64,000 bases of DNA from Hemiscyllium ocellatum (lineage: Eukaryota). How positions within the stretch are numbered: the first letter of the stretch is position 1; each line of letters opens with the position of its first letter. Position numbers and translations under genes: made by a program. Location of the stretch: NCBI RefSeq assembly GCF_020745735.1, contig NW_026867509.1:992001-1056000 (forward strand), written 5' to 3'. Positions 1-11,698 of this stretch are shown here, piece after piece. The notes under the pieces are model-generated. The model ran no database searches, had not been told where the DNA came from, and saw only the letters and a list, made by a program, of their open reading frames with translations.

Positions 1-687
1 TGTTTCTCTCACTTATCGCCAAAGGGAGAAGAGCAACTCGTTGGTCTATACGCAGCTTAAATATCTAGATGTGATTTGTTGACAAAAAAAATTAACCAAG
101 TTGCGAGAGGATAAACAATGTTCATTTTCCCTCCATCCTAACAAAAGAAACCTCAAGTGTTTTTAATTGATTCGTTTGGTTCCAATGTGAGTTACATCAT
201 ATCTCCTTCTTGATATTTTAAAGCATGTCAGCGTTACCCTTGACCTGTGAATCGACAACGTGCCATCCTGGAATGGTTCACGCGAAGGTACTGGGGCAGT
301 ACTCAATAACGCACAATATGTTTGACATTGTTTGGATTATTCTAAAAGTACATTATGAGAGTCCTGTGGCACGTTATTCTCTCAACCTGAATGCTGCAGT
401 TCCGTTTTACTGGAGGATTTTGCTGGATCAAACAAAGTTGTTGAATTTTCGAGAGCAGCTCATCGCTGGCACAGTATTTTCCAATATCATGAAATGCACA
501 AAAAGCTGTTTTTTTTTGCTTTACATTCACACAACTATTTGTTCATTTCAATAATTGATTTATAATAATTAAATCTTTGTGTCCGAATGACTAGTATCAG
601 ATATCACTGTGAGCTCGAGAATCGCTTCAGATACACCCCGATCTCACTGTTTGCTGAACACGCTAACATGTTCAGTGATGGTCTTCG

Positions 688-726
688 AATTTTTGTACAG
701 GGTCAGCCTAGTTCACATTCTGTGTG
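688..726 (-). promoter_or_regulatory. 23-spacer RSS of V 727-1030
   Basis: Heptamer CACACAG (720-726), 23-nt spacer, nonamer ACAAAAATT (688-696), read on the - strand. Confidence 0.88.
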
Positions 727-1030
727 GGACGCCGTGCGCAGTAATACACTGCGGAGTCTGTTAGTTCTGCATTCAACACATTCAGTTTGGTAGTGCCGTT
801 CACAGGATCAAAATTCCAAGAAGGCCTGTGCAGGAGAAAACTCCCCGTTTTCTCACTATATTGGTCTTTCTGCAGCAGAAACTGCAACGGTCCGTTGGAA
901 GTTTGACGGTACCAGTACAGGTCAGGATTGCAACTTATTGTAGTGTAATTACAGAACAGCAGCAGATCTTCCCCTTCATTCAGTTTGATTGCAGCCAGTG
1001 TTTGTGAGACAGAATCGCCACGACAAAGTC
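727..1030 (-). CDS. TCR alpha/delta V segment, V exon (intact frame)
   Basis: Splice acceptor ttttccag, then GLCRGDSVSQT...LLLFCNYTTISCNPDLYWYRQ...TELTDSAVYYCARRP-type V exon (here AELTDSAVYYCARRP). Both canonical Cys and the FR2 Trp are present, and a 23-RSS follows. Confidence 0.93.
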
Positions 1031-1473
1031 CTGGAAAAGCCATGAGTTATACAAAATTAAATAAGGAACGACAATATATTTATCGTCCAGAATTGACCCG
1101 TGCACCTTGATCAAAAAACCGAGATACAAATGAGGGAAGTTCAATTAGATTCCATTTCATATGGGGTGATTATTTCCCATTTCATCTCGGGAAATCTGTA
1201 GGGGAACATGAAAACTGTTGACGTATCTAAAATTTTCTCCCTTCGGTCGAATCATCCGAATGGCATTAGTCCTGTTTGGGTTTCCAGCCTAAATCTTCCG
1301 CTGCCATTCGCTTATGGACATTCACTAATTTCTCATTGTTGTGGCAAATTTAGATCCAAATGGTTTTTATTTGGGAGAATGTATTGTTGCTTCGATGTTG
1401 CGCAAAGTGCTTGAATAAAATGGAATTCTCAGCAAAGAACTGAAACACATACATAGACGAGTGTTCAACCTAC

Positions 1474-1525
1474 CAGTTAGAACAGCTGCACTTGTGAAGA
1501 GTAAACCCAGAGCTCTTGGCAACGT
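1474..1525 (-). other. Probable leader exon of V 727-1030, with ACG in place of ATG
   Basis: 52-nt segment ACG TTG CCA AGA GCT CTG GGT TTA CTC TTC ACA AGT GCA GCT GTT CTA ACT G|gtagg (TLPRALGLLFTSAAVLT, phase 1). Same length and similar 3' end as the paralogous leader at 35590-35641. Confidence 0.65.
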
Positions 1526-2424
1526 TTGCAGAGAGTTCACGGTGAACGTGAGCAGAACTGGCTGAAGCTAAAATGGTTCTTGTCAAGAGTTGGGTAATTC
1601 AGATTGAGTACTTTCTGGATCTCTGCTCATTGGACAATCTTTGGAAAGGCATCTTGTGAAAGCCAATGAGCATCACGGTCCTTTATTCTTCATTTCAACC
1701 AATAAGCTTCAAGCTCTTTTGAACATAAGTTTATATTATGGCTGATGTGATAAAGCAACAAAGTTCTAAATAAGGGTTAGAAAGGTTCACTCAGCTTTTC
1801 CTTCACAGTTGCTGCCAGACCTGCGAGATTCTCCAGTTGTTTGCTTTTGGATCGGATTTCCAGCAACTGCAGTTCTTTGCTAATTTGTTTCATCAATGTT
1901 AGTGATTAGAAGCAGGTAGATTTCGTTGACTGTATGATCCTTAATTGGGGTTGTTAAATCGACGGAGCTCTGGGCAATTGGTTTGAACAGCAGATGTTGA
2001 GTCTACTCACTCCTGCATGGATATCAAATGCACTGCAGTGGATCAAGCACATGGCTCACCTCCACATTGTCTCAGAATATACCAGGCTAACGTATTGCTC
2101 AAAAAAACATAAGAGATTCGGTTTAAGTCTCCCTCATTTGAATGCGATTGGTGAAAGAGCCGAGGTCCATGCCAATGTAAATTCCAAATCCTGACTGAAG
2201 TCGTTACTCATGATACAAAAATAAATGGGATGGCAATTGGCGATGAGTATTCAACGAGTCGATACGATAAACCAAGTTACAACCTGTTCCAATGACTGAG
2301 ACGAGACAAGACTCTGGCGAGATCTACAGGAAATTTGAAGCAACGAAAAAGAAACAATTTACGAGTGGGACGAAAGCAAATCATGAATTTTCATCAAATG
2401 CTTTCACGATGATGGCATTGTGAC

Positions 2425-2660
2425 TAAGTGGTAAGCATACCTGCTTTATAGCACCAAAGACCCAGGTCCGAATTCAACCCAAAAGAACTGTCATTTTGGA
2501 ATTTGGATATTCTCCCGATGTCAACATGGATTTCCTGTGGGTGTTCTGGTTACCTCGCACAGTCAAAAATGGGCAGGTTAGGTAAGTTAAATATACAAGG
2601 TCTGGAGATGATGTCTTTCAGAGGCTTGATGGACCAAATGGCCTGCATCCACCTGCAGGG
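2425..2660 (+). mobile_element. Degenerate tRNA-derived (HE1-like) SINE
   Basis: Head ggcattgtgactaagtggtaagca...ggtccgaattc and tail ggcttgatggaccaaatggcctg resemble the better-preserved copy at 13737. Confidence 0.5.
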
Positions 2661-2689
2661 TTTCTTGGTTTAGGTTGTGTCAGTATTGA

Positions 2690-5270
2690 CAATGTTACAT
2701 GTATTTGTAAGATGTAGGCACCGCTGACTGGCCAGCATTTATTACCTGACCTTCGTTGTCCTTGTAAAGGTTGGTGAGAGTTTCCTTCTTGAAGTGCTGC
2801 AGTTCGCCTATTAGTGGTTGACCGACAATGGCGAGAAAGGGAATGATCTGTTTTTGACCAAGTGACAGTGAAGGAACTTCAATATATTTGCAAATCAAGA
2901 TAGTGACTGGCTTGGAAATAATCTTGAAGGTGGTGGTGTTCCCATATATCTACTGGCCATTGAATTTCCAGATGGAAAATGTCGTTGATATGGACGCTTG
3001 CGTCTGAGGATCACTGGTAACCTTCAGCATTGCATCTTAGAACATAGAAGGATACAGCGCAGTACAGGCCCTTCGGCCCTCGATGTTGCGCCGACCGAAT
3101 CCTACCTAACCTATACTAGCCCAATAACTTCCAAATGCCTATCCAATGCCCGCTTAAATGACCATAAAGAAGGAGAGTTCACCACTGATACGGGCAGGGC
3201 ATTCCATGAACTCACAACCCGCTGTGTGAAGAATCTACCCCTAACATCTGTCCTATACCTACCACCCCTTAATTTAAAGCTATGTCCCCTAGTAACACTT
3301 GATTCCATTAGCGGTAAAAGGTTCTTAGTATCTACCCTATCTAAACCCCTAATCATCTTATACACTTCTATCAGATCTCCCCTAAACCTTCTCTTCTCCA
3401 ATGAGAACAGCCCCAAGTGCCTCAGTCTTTCCTCGTAAGATTTTCCTACCATTCCAGGCAACATCCTGGTAAACCTCCTCTGCACTCGTTCTAAAGCTTC
3501 CACATCCTTCCTATAGTATGGCGACCAAAACTGCACACAATACTCCAGATGAGGCCTCACCAGAGTCTTATACAACTGCAACATGACCTCAGGACTCCGG
3601 AACTCAATTCCTCTGCCAATAAAGCCCAGTACACCATATGCCTTCCTCACAGCACTATTTACCTGGGTGGCAACTTTCAGAGATCTGTGTACATAGACAC
3701 CAAGATCCCTCTGCTCATCCACACTACCAAGTAGCCTACCATGAGCCCAGTAATCCATCATCTTGTTATTCCTACCAAAGTGAACGACTTCGCACTTAGC
3801 TACATTGAATTCCATTTGCCACATTTCCGCCCAGCTCTGCAACTTATCTATATCCCGCTGTAACCTACCACTTCCTTCCGCACTATCCACAACTCTACCG
3901 ACTTTTGTGTCATCCGCAAACTTGCTTACCCAGCTTTCAAGTCCTTCCTCTAGATCATTTATAAAGATAACAAAAAGCAATGGTCCCAAAACAGATCCTT
4001 GTGGTACACCGCTAGTAACTGCGCTCCAAGATGAACATAATCCATCAACTACTACCCTCTGTCTCCTTCCAGCCAGCCAATTCCTAATCCAAACCTCTAA
4101 TGTATCCTCAATGCCATACCTCCGAAGTTTTAGCATTAGCCTACCATGGGGAACCTTATCGAACGCCTTACTAAAATCCATATACACAACATCTACTGCT
4201 TTACCCTCATCCACTTCCTTAGTCACCTTCTCAAAGAACTCAATAAGGTTTGTGAGGCACGACCTGCCCTTCACAAAACCATGCTGGCTATCCCTGATCA
4301 CGTTATTCCTACCCAGATGTTCATAAATCTTATCCCTTACCATTCTCTCTAAGACTTTGCCCACCACTGAAGTCAGACTCACTGGCCTATAGTTACTAGG
4401 GCTATCCCTACTCCCTTTCTTGAACAATGGGACCACATTCGCTATCCTCCAGTCCTCTGGTACTATTCCCGTAGACAATGACGACATAAAAATCCAGGCC
4501 AATGGCTCTGCTATCTCCTCCCTAGCTTCCCATAGGATCCTGGGGTAAATGCCATCAGGCCCAGGAGACTTATCTATATTCATCCTTTCCAATATTCCCA
4601 AAACCTCCTCCCTGCATATTTCCAGGGCATCCATTCTAATTATTTGTGATTCCATATTCACATCAGCAACAGTGTCCTGTTCCTGAGTGAATACTGATGA
4701 AAAGTACTGATTTAATGTCTCTCCAATCTCCTCCGCCTCCACACACAACTTCCCACTACTATCCTTGACTGGACCGATACCTACCCTAGTTATCCTTTTA
4801 TTCTTGACATACCTATAGAAAGCCTTTGGGTTTTCCCGAATCCTACCAGCTAAAGACTTTTCATGTCCCCTTCTCGCTTCTCTTAGCTCCCTCTTTAGCT
4901 CCTTCCTGGCTACCTTATAACTCTCAACTTGTAGGTGGTATACACTGAGCCACGGTGGTTGAGGACATGAATGTTCATGGATGTAGTGCCAATTAAGCCG
5001 AGCTGCTTTCTCTTCGATGAGAAAGCTCCTTGGGTACTGTTCGTACTGCACTCATCTGGGAAAGTAGACAGTATTCTGTCGCACCCCTGACTTCTGTCAT
5101 GCATATAGTGGCTGGATTTATAGCGTCAGGACATACATGACTGGCGGCAGTGCTCCTCGTCTCTGACCTGCTCTTGTAGCCATTGTGTTTATGTGTTGGG
5201 TACAGTTGAGGTTTTGGTCATTAAAACCTCCAGGATGTTGACAGCCGGAAATTCAGTGATGCTAACACCA
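2690..5270. mobile_element. Older LINE-like repeat split by the young CR1 (2690-3038 plus 4929-about 5270)
   Basis: The flanks rejoin as ...gcatctt|ttgtaggtggtatacactg.... The start of the left part resembles the dispersed repeats at 7250-7470 and 45040-45330. Family assignment is from recall, not a search. Confidence 0.55.
3039..4928 (-). mobile_element. Young 5'-truncated CR1-clade LINE with uninterrupted RT domain
   Basis: ORF 3111-5051 contains KSPGPDGIYPR, NYRPVSLTS, QHGFVKGRSCLTNL, DFSKAFDKVPH, GVPQGSVLGPLLF, SKFADDTK and HLEYCVQFWSP. The 3' tail is TTCTATGTTCT. There is no endonuclease domain, and the first about 40 codons of the ORF come from flanking DNA. Confidence 0.96.
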
Positions 5271-5637
5271 TGTTTCTACCAAATTTTCTTCAATTGTGAT
5301 TTACCTTGATCTTTAACTTCTGTGCATCATGCCTGTTATTTTATACTTTCTTCCATTTCATCTTCAACATTGATTCACCATTCTGCACTCTGAAAGTACT
5401 ATTAGTGCATCCTTCCACTTTCCATTTTCCCCATTAAAGTTTCTGATTTCCAAATATACCCTTCCTTCACCTCCATCTGCATAACCAATTGACATTAATT
5501 CTGACTATCTTTAAATGTTACTGCTCCATCCTTTCGAGTGTAATTTGCTTTCATTTGCCTTATATCTGATTATGAAGCACACCATTAGTAATGCTCATTC
5601 TTCAAACTCAGCATAACAGAAATCGCGACTCTATGCA

Positions 5638-5676
5638 AGTTTTAGTACAGACTCACCCACTGTTTGTTACACTGTG
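5638..5676 (-). promoter_or_regulatory. 23-spacer RSS of V 5677-6013
   Basis: CACAGTG (5670-5676), 23-nt spacer, ACTAAAACT (5638-5646). Confidence 0.92.
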
Positions 5677-6013
5677 TCTTCATTGCGCAGAGGTAGGTGG
5701 CAGTGTCATTAAGTCTGGCGTCTTTAACAGTCAGAATACTGACTTTATTGACTGTACTGATTGAAGCGGTGATCCTCTCAGATGGATTTTCTTCTCTTTT
5801 GGCCATCACCAGATGCTGGGGTGGATGATTCGGGAGCTGACTGTACCAACGCACTGTGTTAACTATATTGGCAAACGAGCAATTCATGGACACAATTCCC
5901 AATTCAGTGACGACCATCCAGGTAGGAAGTTGCTTCACTTCACTTTCTCCAGTCACCTCCTTGGAGATCAGAGTAGAAAACAGCAGGACAACACCGCAAA
6001 TTTGGAACATCAT
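5677..6013 (-). CDS. TCR alpha/delta V segment with leader and V in a single exon
   Basis: MMFQICGVVLLFSTLISKEVTG-ESEVKQ...SMNCSF...VRWYSQ...ARLNDTATYLCAMK reads without an intron and is followed by a 23-RSS. Confidence 0.92.
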
Positions 6014-7719
6014 CAGATTGCAAGATAAGTGATGAAAGCAATTGACCATGGAGCTTCGTTGAGGAACTGTAGTTAATTATTACATTTATACAAGTAACTA
6101 TCTAGAGCAATGCACGGTTCACGTCTAACTCACGCTTAACCTGCTGGAGCTGCTGAAGAAACTGAATCTATGTTTGTTCCTGTATTGAGCCTCTCACACT
6201 GACAGTCGTTCAAATTTTCTGGAAGTCCACGCCTGCACCAGCTCTCATCTTCGATATTTAGCATGGATTCACATTGACATCTAGTGGTGTTGATAAGTAA
6301 TTGCGTTGTTCAAATTCTCACACCAGTTCCGGTTCAATGGAGAAGCTCAAAATAACAGACATGGTCTCCTTCCCCGCATAACACTGTGAACAGGTGAGCC
6401 CCAGGATTTCAAATTCATGTGCAACATCCACCGATTTCAGACTATGATCCTTCTGCATTGTAACTAAGTCTTTATTCCACAACGGAATTTCCAATGAATA
6501 AATCAAATGTTGTTGCTCTTGGACTTACTGATGAGATCCATTTTAAAAGGTATTAGTGAACTTTACTGTGTCTAATTGTACACGGAACTGCTGCTTTTAC
6601 ATCAGATGCCCTGCAGTGTATCAGATCTATGGCTAGCCGCCACGCTGCCACGCACTATTCGTGGTAGATGCCAGCAGCGCCCATACAAGGTAACCAAATG
6701 TTCTAAAGGAAAAGAAAAAGAATTGAGGCAAAGTCTCCCACATTTGAATGGGAATGGTGAAAGAGCACAGATACATGTCATCGGACCAATCAAATCCTGA
6801 TTGACGTGAATGTATCACAGATAACGCAAAAGTAAACAAACTGACAAGTCGCCTTGATAATTCAAACACCCCGCAAGAAGACAACGTTACAGACTGCTTC
6901 TGTAAGTATGACTGCACCTTACCCTGGCAAGATCTCGATGAAATTTACAATGCCAAAAAATAAGCAATTTCTGAGTGGAGCAATATCAATTCTAAGGAAG
7001 CATTCTTGTCATGTTCTTACTGTGGCTACGTGGTGTGAAGTTTACAAATTTTCCCTCTGCCTATCTGGAAGTGAATTAGAATTCTCGCACACGCCAAAAA
7101 TGGATCTGACAGGAAAATGAACAGTAGGAGATGCAGGGTTAGGGTAGATCTGGGTGTGATGTACAACAGAGATTAGATGGGCAGAATGCCCTGCTGACAA
7201 ACTGTGTGGACTCTCTGCTTAGATTGTATAACTATTTATAGTTTTACGTATTTATTCATTCGTGAAATGTGGGCATCGCTGACAGGCCAGCCTTTATTGC
7301 ACATTCCTAGTTGCCCTTGAGAAAGTGGTGATAAGCTGTCTTCTTCAACCGCTGCAGTCCACCTGCTGTGGGTTGACCCACAATGCCACGGAGTAAAATC
7401 CATGATTTTCTCCAAGATCCATCGACAGTGAAGAAACAGCGATATATTTTTCAAGTAAGGATGGTGTCACAAAGATAGTCCTTTTTCTCTTAGCTCTTCC
7501 TTTTCTCAAGTTTACTGTGTCCTTGTATTTATTTTCAGAAGGACTGTTAAACAGGGCTCTGAAGTCGATTGGTTTTGTACAGAGATGAAAAGGGAATTGC
7601 GGGCATTTTTGTTTGTACTTAAACAGATGAGACTTTCGGCCAAACTTTATGTTTTAGAAGTGACCTACAATGAAAGAGTAATGGTCAGTTCTGAAAGCTG
7701 AATTATTTTTGGTAGTCAG

Positions 7720-10550
7720 TTCAGAAGCAGTGGACTGTTTGGCTTAGGGCAGTTGCAGGATATTCTGGAGGCGGACGGAAAATAGTCAGTAGTCATGGTA
7801 CGCCTTGGTATGAACAGTATAGGAAAAATGAACTAGGATGAGATCCCAAAATCACAATGTACAGAACTAGGAAAAAAGCTGAAATACAGTACCTTGAAGG
7901 TACTTATCTCAGGATTACTACAAGTGTCATGACCCGGTCAGAATCGAAAAGCAGGATGTATAGGATGAACACTGGTTGAAAAGAAGTTGTAAGCAGGAAG
8001 GTATCAGATTCGCTGGGCATTGGGAGCGTTCCTGGGGTATTTGGGACTGCACAAACTAAACTGGTTACACTTGGGCAGAACCAGGACTGATGTGCTTGGG
8101 GGAGTACGAGGTTAGATTAATTGAGGAGGAGTTAAAATCGTATGAGGAGGGAATAGGTACCAGAGGTGTAGAGCAGCAGATGGACAAAATAAGGGAGATG
8201 GGGAAACCACGGCAAATGTGACTAAGATCAAGAACCGTAAGGCAACGTTGCTGAAAAAAGCAGGGGAGGCGGTCTGAAATCCATATGTTTCAATGTGAGA
8301 AGTATAAGCGTAAGGAATAGGGCCTGTCAAAGACAGAAGTGGGATGTTGTGTGTGCACTCTGTGGAGATCAGAGTGGTACTAAACGAACATTTCTCATCT
8401 GTTTTCAATCAGAACTGGGAGAATATTATCAAGGAGAAGACGGAGATAGAGGCTATTAGACTTGAAGGGATTGAGGTTAGTAAGGAGGAGGTGTTATCCA
8501 TTCTCAAATGTGTGAAACTAAATATATCCGCTGGGCCTGAAGAGATTTCTCTGAGAATTCTCTGGGTCGTTAGGAGGGAGATGGAGGAACCTTTGGCCTG
8601 ATCTTTCAGTCCTCATTGTCTACAGGTTTAGTACCAGCTAACTGGAAGATTGCAAATGTAGTGCACTTTCTCAAGAAGGGTAGTAGACATGTCATAGGCC
8701 AGCAAGCCTTATGTCTGCTGCAAGGAAAGGTTTGAAAAGGAGTATTAGAGTTCGGATTTATGATTATCTTACAAGCAACAATTTTCCTGGCAATACTAAA
8801 AATGTATTCATCAAGGGTAAGTCGTATCTCATTTACCTCACAGAATTTTTTCAGGAGGTGACCAAGTATGTGGATAAGGGTAGGGCATTTGACATACTGT
8901 ACATGGACATCAGTAAAGCTTGTAATAAGTTTCCACATGATAGGCTATTGGAGAAAATGCGGTGGCATTGGAAGGAAGGTGATTTAGCAGTTTGGATTGG
9001 AATCTGGCTTTCTGTAAGAAGGCAACGAGTGGTGGTTCATGGAAAATGTTCAGCTTGGAGTCCGGTGGCATACTAGTGGTATTCCACAAGGATCTGTTTT
9101 GGAGCATTTTATAAACGACTTGAACGCAGGCACAGGTGGGCGAGTTAGTAAGTTTGCAGATGATACAAAAGTCAGTGGAGTGCTGGGTAGTGTGGAAGAA
9201 TGTTGCAGGTTGCAAGGACACTTGGATAAACTACAGAATTGGGCTGTAAGGTGTCAAATGGTGTTCAAAGCAGATAAATGTGACGTGACTCACTTTGGGA
9301 AGAATAACAGGAAGACAGAATATTGGGTCAATAGAAAGATTCTTGGTATTGTGCATGTCAAAATGTTTTTAAAAAAAACAAGGGTATTGAGGGCCTGAAA
9401 AAGTATTTACGTAGATAGGTCCTCAGGACCTGATGGGATTTATCTCAGAATATTCAAGAAGGAAAATGAATAACATGCTGGTGCATTAACAGACATCCTT
9501 ATACGCTCTTTGGATACAGGTATGATCCCAGAGAACTACAGACTAGACAATGTTGCCCCATTGTTTAAACATAGTAGCAGGGATAATTCAGGAAATTACA
9601 GGCCTGAGAGTCTCACATCAGTGGCAGGAAAAGTATTGGAAAGCATTTTCAGGTTCAAGATCTTTGCGTATTCATGAGCAATGGAACTTAATGGTGATAC
9701 CTAACACGTCTTTGTGCAGTGGAGTTTGTGCCTCACTAAATTGGTTGAATTTTTTGAGAAGGTAGTGAAGATGACTAATGAGAGAAATGCAGTGGATGCT
9801 GTCTACTTGGACTAAAGTAAAGCTTTTCACAAGGTCCCTCATGGCAGGCTGGTGCAAAAGGTGAAGTCATATTGCATTCAGGTGAGTTGGCAAGGTGGAT
9901 GCAGAGGCTTAGTCATAGGTAACAGAGGGTCGCGGCAGAATAAGGCTTTTCGGAATGGAGACTTGTGGCTAGTGGGTTTGCACATGGATCAGTGCTCTGA
10001 CCTCTGCTGATCGCGGTCTACATAAATGACTTGGAAGAAACGTGGCTGGTCTAACAAGTAAGTTTAAGGACAATACAAAGACAAGTGGAGTTGTGGGTAA
10101 TGAAGACGGCTATCATAGAACACAGAAGGGTATAAGTCATTTGGAGGCATGGACAGGAAAAAGGCAGATTGAGTTTTATTTGGACAGCTGTAAAGTGATG
10201 AATTTGAAAGATCAACACAAGTGGAAATTTACATTAGTAAATGGCAGAACCTGTAGGAATCTTGATAAGCTGAGGGATCTGGATTTCAGGTCCACACATT
10301 ACTGAAGGTGATAGTGCGGATAGATAAGGTCGCAAAAAAATGGTCTATGGCATGCTTGTCTTCATTGGAAATGGTATTGAATATAAGGATAGAAAGATAT
10401 GCTGCACCGTTATGGAACCTCAGTAAGGCCACACCTGAAATCTTGATAAAGTTTTGATCACCACACTACCAGAAAAATGAGGCCGTAGTGGAGAGGTTGC
10501 AGGAAAGGTTTGCAATGATGTTGCCCGGTAACGGGAAATTTAAACTGCAA
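7720..10550 (+). mobile_element. Decayed CR1 LINE fragments (ORF1 esterase relic plus two RT fragments)
   Basis: VMVRLGMNSIG (about 7790-7825) resembles the VVHVGTNDIG motif of the CR1 ORF1 SGNH esterase. Frameshifted RT pieces include DILYMDISKACNKFPHDRL, GIPQGSVL and SKFADDTK. Confidence 0.85.
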
Positions 10551-11329
10551 AGCATATTAGTGCATATGACAAGCTCTGGCCAGGAATAGAAGTTTGGAAA
10601 AGGGGAGATCCTCCATCACTAAACCAAGAGTACAGAGCACTGGCAAGCGTTTACCATAGGATAAAAAGAAAGCCCATGAGAGTGGAAAGGAGGTGAAAGG
10701 CCTCAGGTGTTTCCACTGTGGTAAAGTGGGACACCTAAAGACAAAGTGCTGGTCATTAAAGAAAGGCGTTGTGGGAAAAATATCACAAAATAAGCTAAAC
10801 GAGCCGAGGAGCTACAGGAGAGTGCGCAATCTAGATGGGGCTGGGTATGGAGGTAGTACCTCATCTCTCCAAAGAATATGCCTCTATGTTCAGATTTACG
10901 CAGAAAGAACAGGGGGAGAAGGACAAGAAGTTAGAATTAGGATAATTACAGAATCTAACCAGTCTCTGATAGTAAGTAATGAGCGAATGTGCCCTCTTTA
11001 TGCTCTGTTCCCTGACAGTGTGTGATAGATGGAGATAAATGTAGCGTTACCCTGTGTAAAGTCAGGTTGAAGTGCCAACTTAAGTCTGGGGAAGTTACAG
11101 TAGGATTGATTGACAGCGTGCGAGTTCGAGGATTTCAGTTTGTTCTTGGGAATGATTTGGCAGGATCCATGGGAGGAGGACACGCCTTGTTATGGAGAAA
11201 CCCACGGAAGATGAATAAACTGAGGACTTAAATACGAAATATCCTGGTATTTTCTCAGACTACGTGTTAACCAGATCCCACTATCATAAGTCACAGCACG
11301 AAGTGAAAACTAAAGTGAATGATGAAGGA

Positions 11330-11698
11330 ACAAAGAACAAAGAAAATTTACAGCCCAGGAACAGGCCCTTCGACCCTCCAAGCCTGAGTTGATCCAAATA
11401 CACTGTATAAACCTATCGGTCAATTCCCAAGCATTTGTATCCCTCTGCTCCCCAGCTACTCATACATCTGTCCTGACACATCTTAAATGAATATACCGTG
11501 CCTGCCTCTACCACCTCTGCTGGCAACGCTTTCCAAACGCCCACCACCCTCTGTGTGAAGTACTTGCCACGTGTATCCCCCTTAAACTTTCCACCTCTCA
11601 CCTTGGAAGCATGACCTCTCGTTATTGAATCATTCACTCTGGAAAAAGCTTATCTCTATCCATCCTGTCTATACCCTTCATAATTTTGTAAACAAATC
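11330..11698 (-). mobile_element. CR1 3'-end fragment inserted in the Gmr1 relic
   Basis: ORF 11413-11637 (TRGHASKVRGGKF...FTQRVVGVW) with a (TTCTTTG)n-like tail. Flanked by an 8-bp direct repeat ATGAAGGA at 11322-11329 and 11699-11706. Confidence 0.88.

Noticed and set aside
225-554. ORF 225-554 and the antisense DIGKYCASD motif as a possible V segment
   Set aside because: No first Cys, FR2 Trp or correctly spaced heptamer; most likely chance.
2998-4352. Plus-strand ORFs 2998-3438, 3549-3734, 3805-4326 and 4146-4352
   Set aside because: Antisense shadows of the CR1 RT frame.
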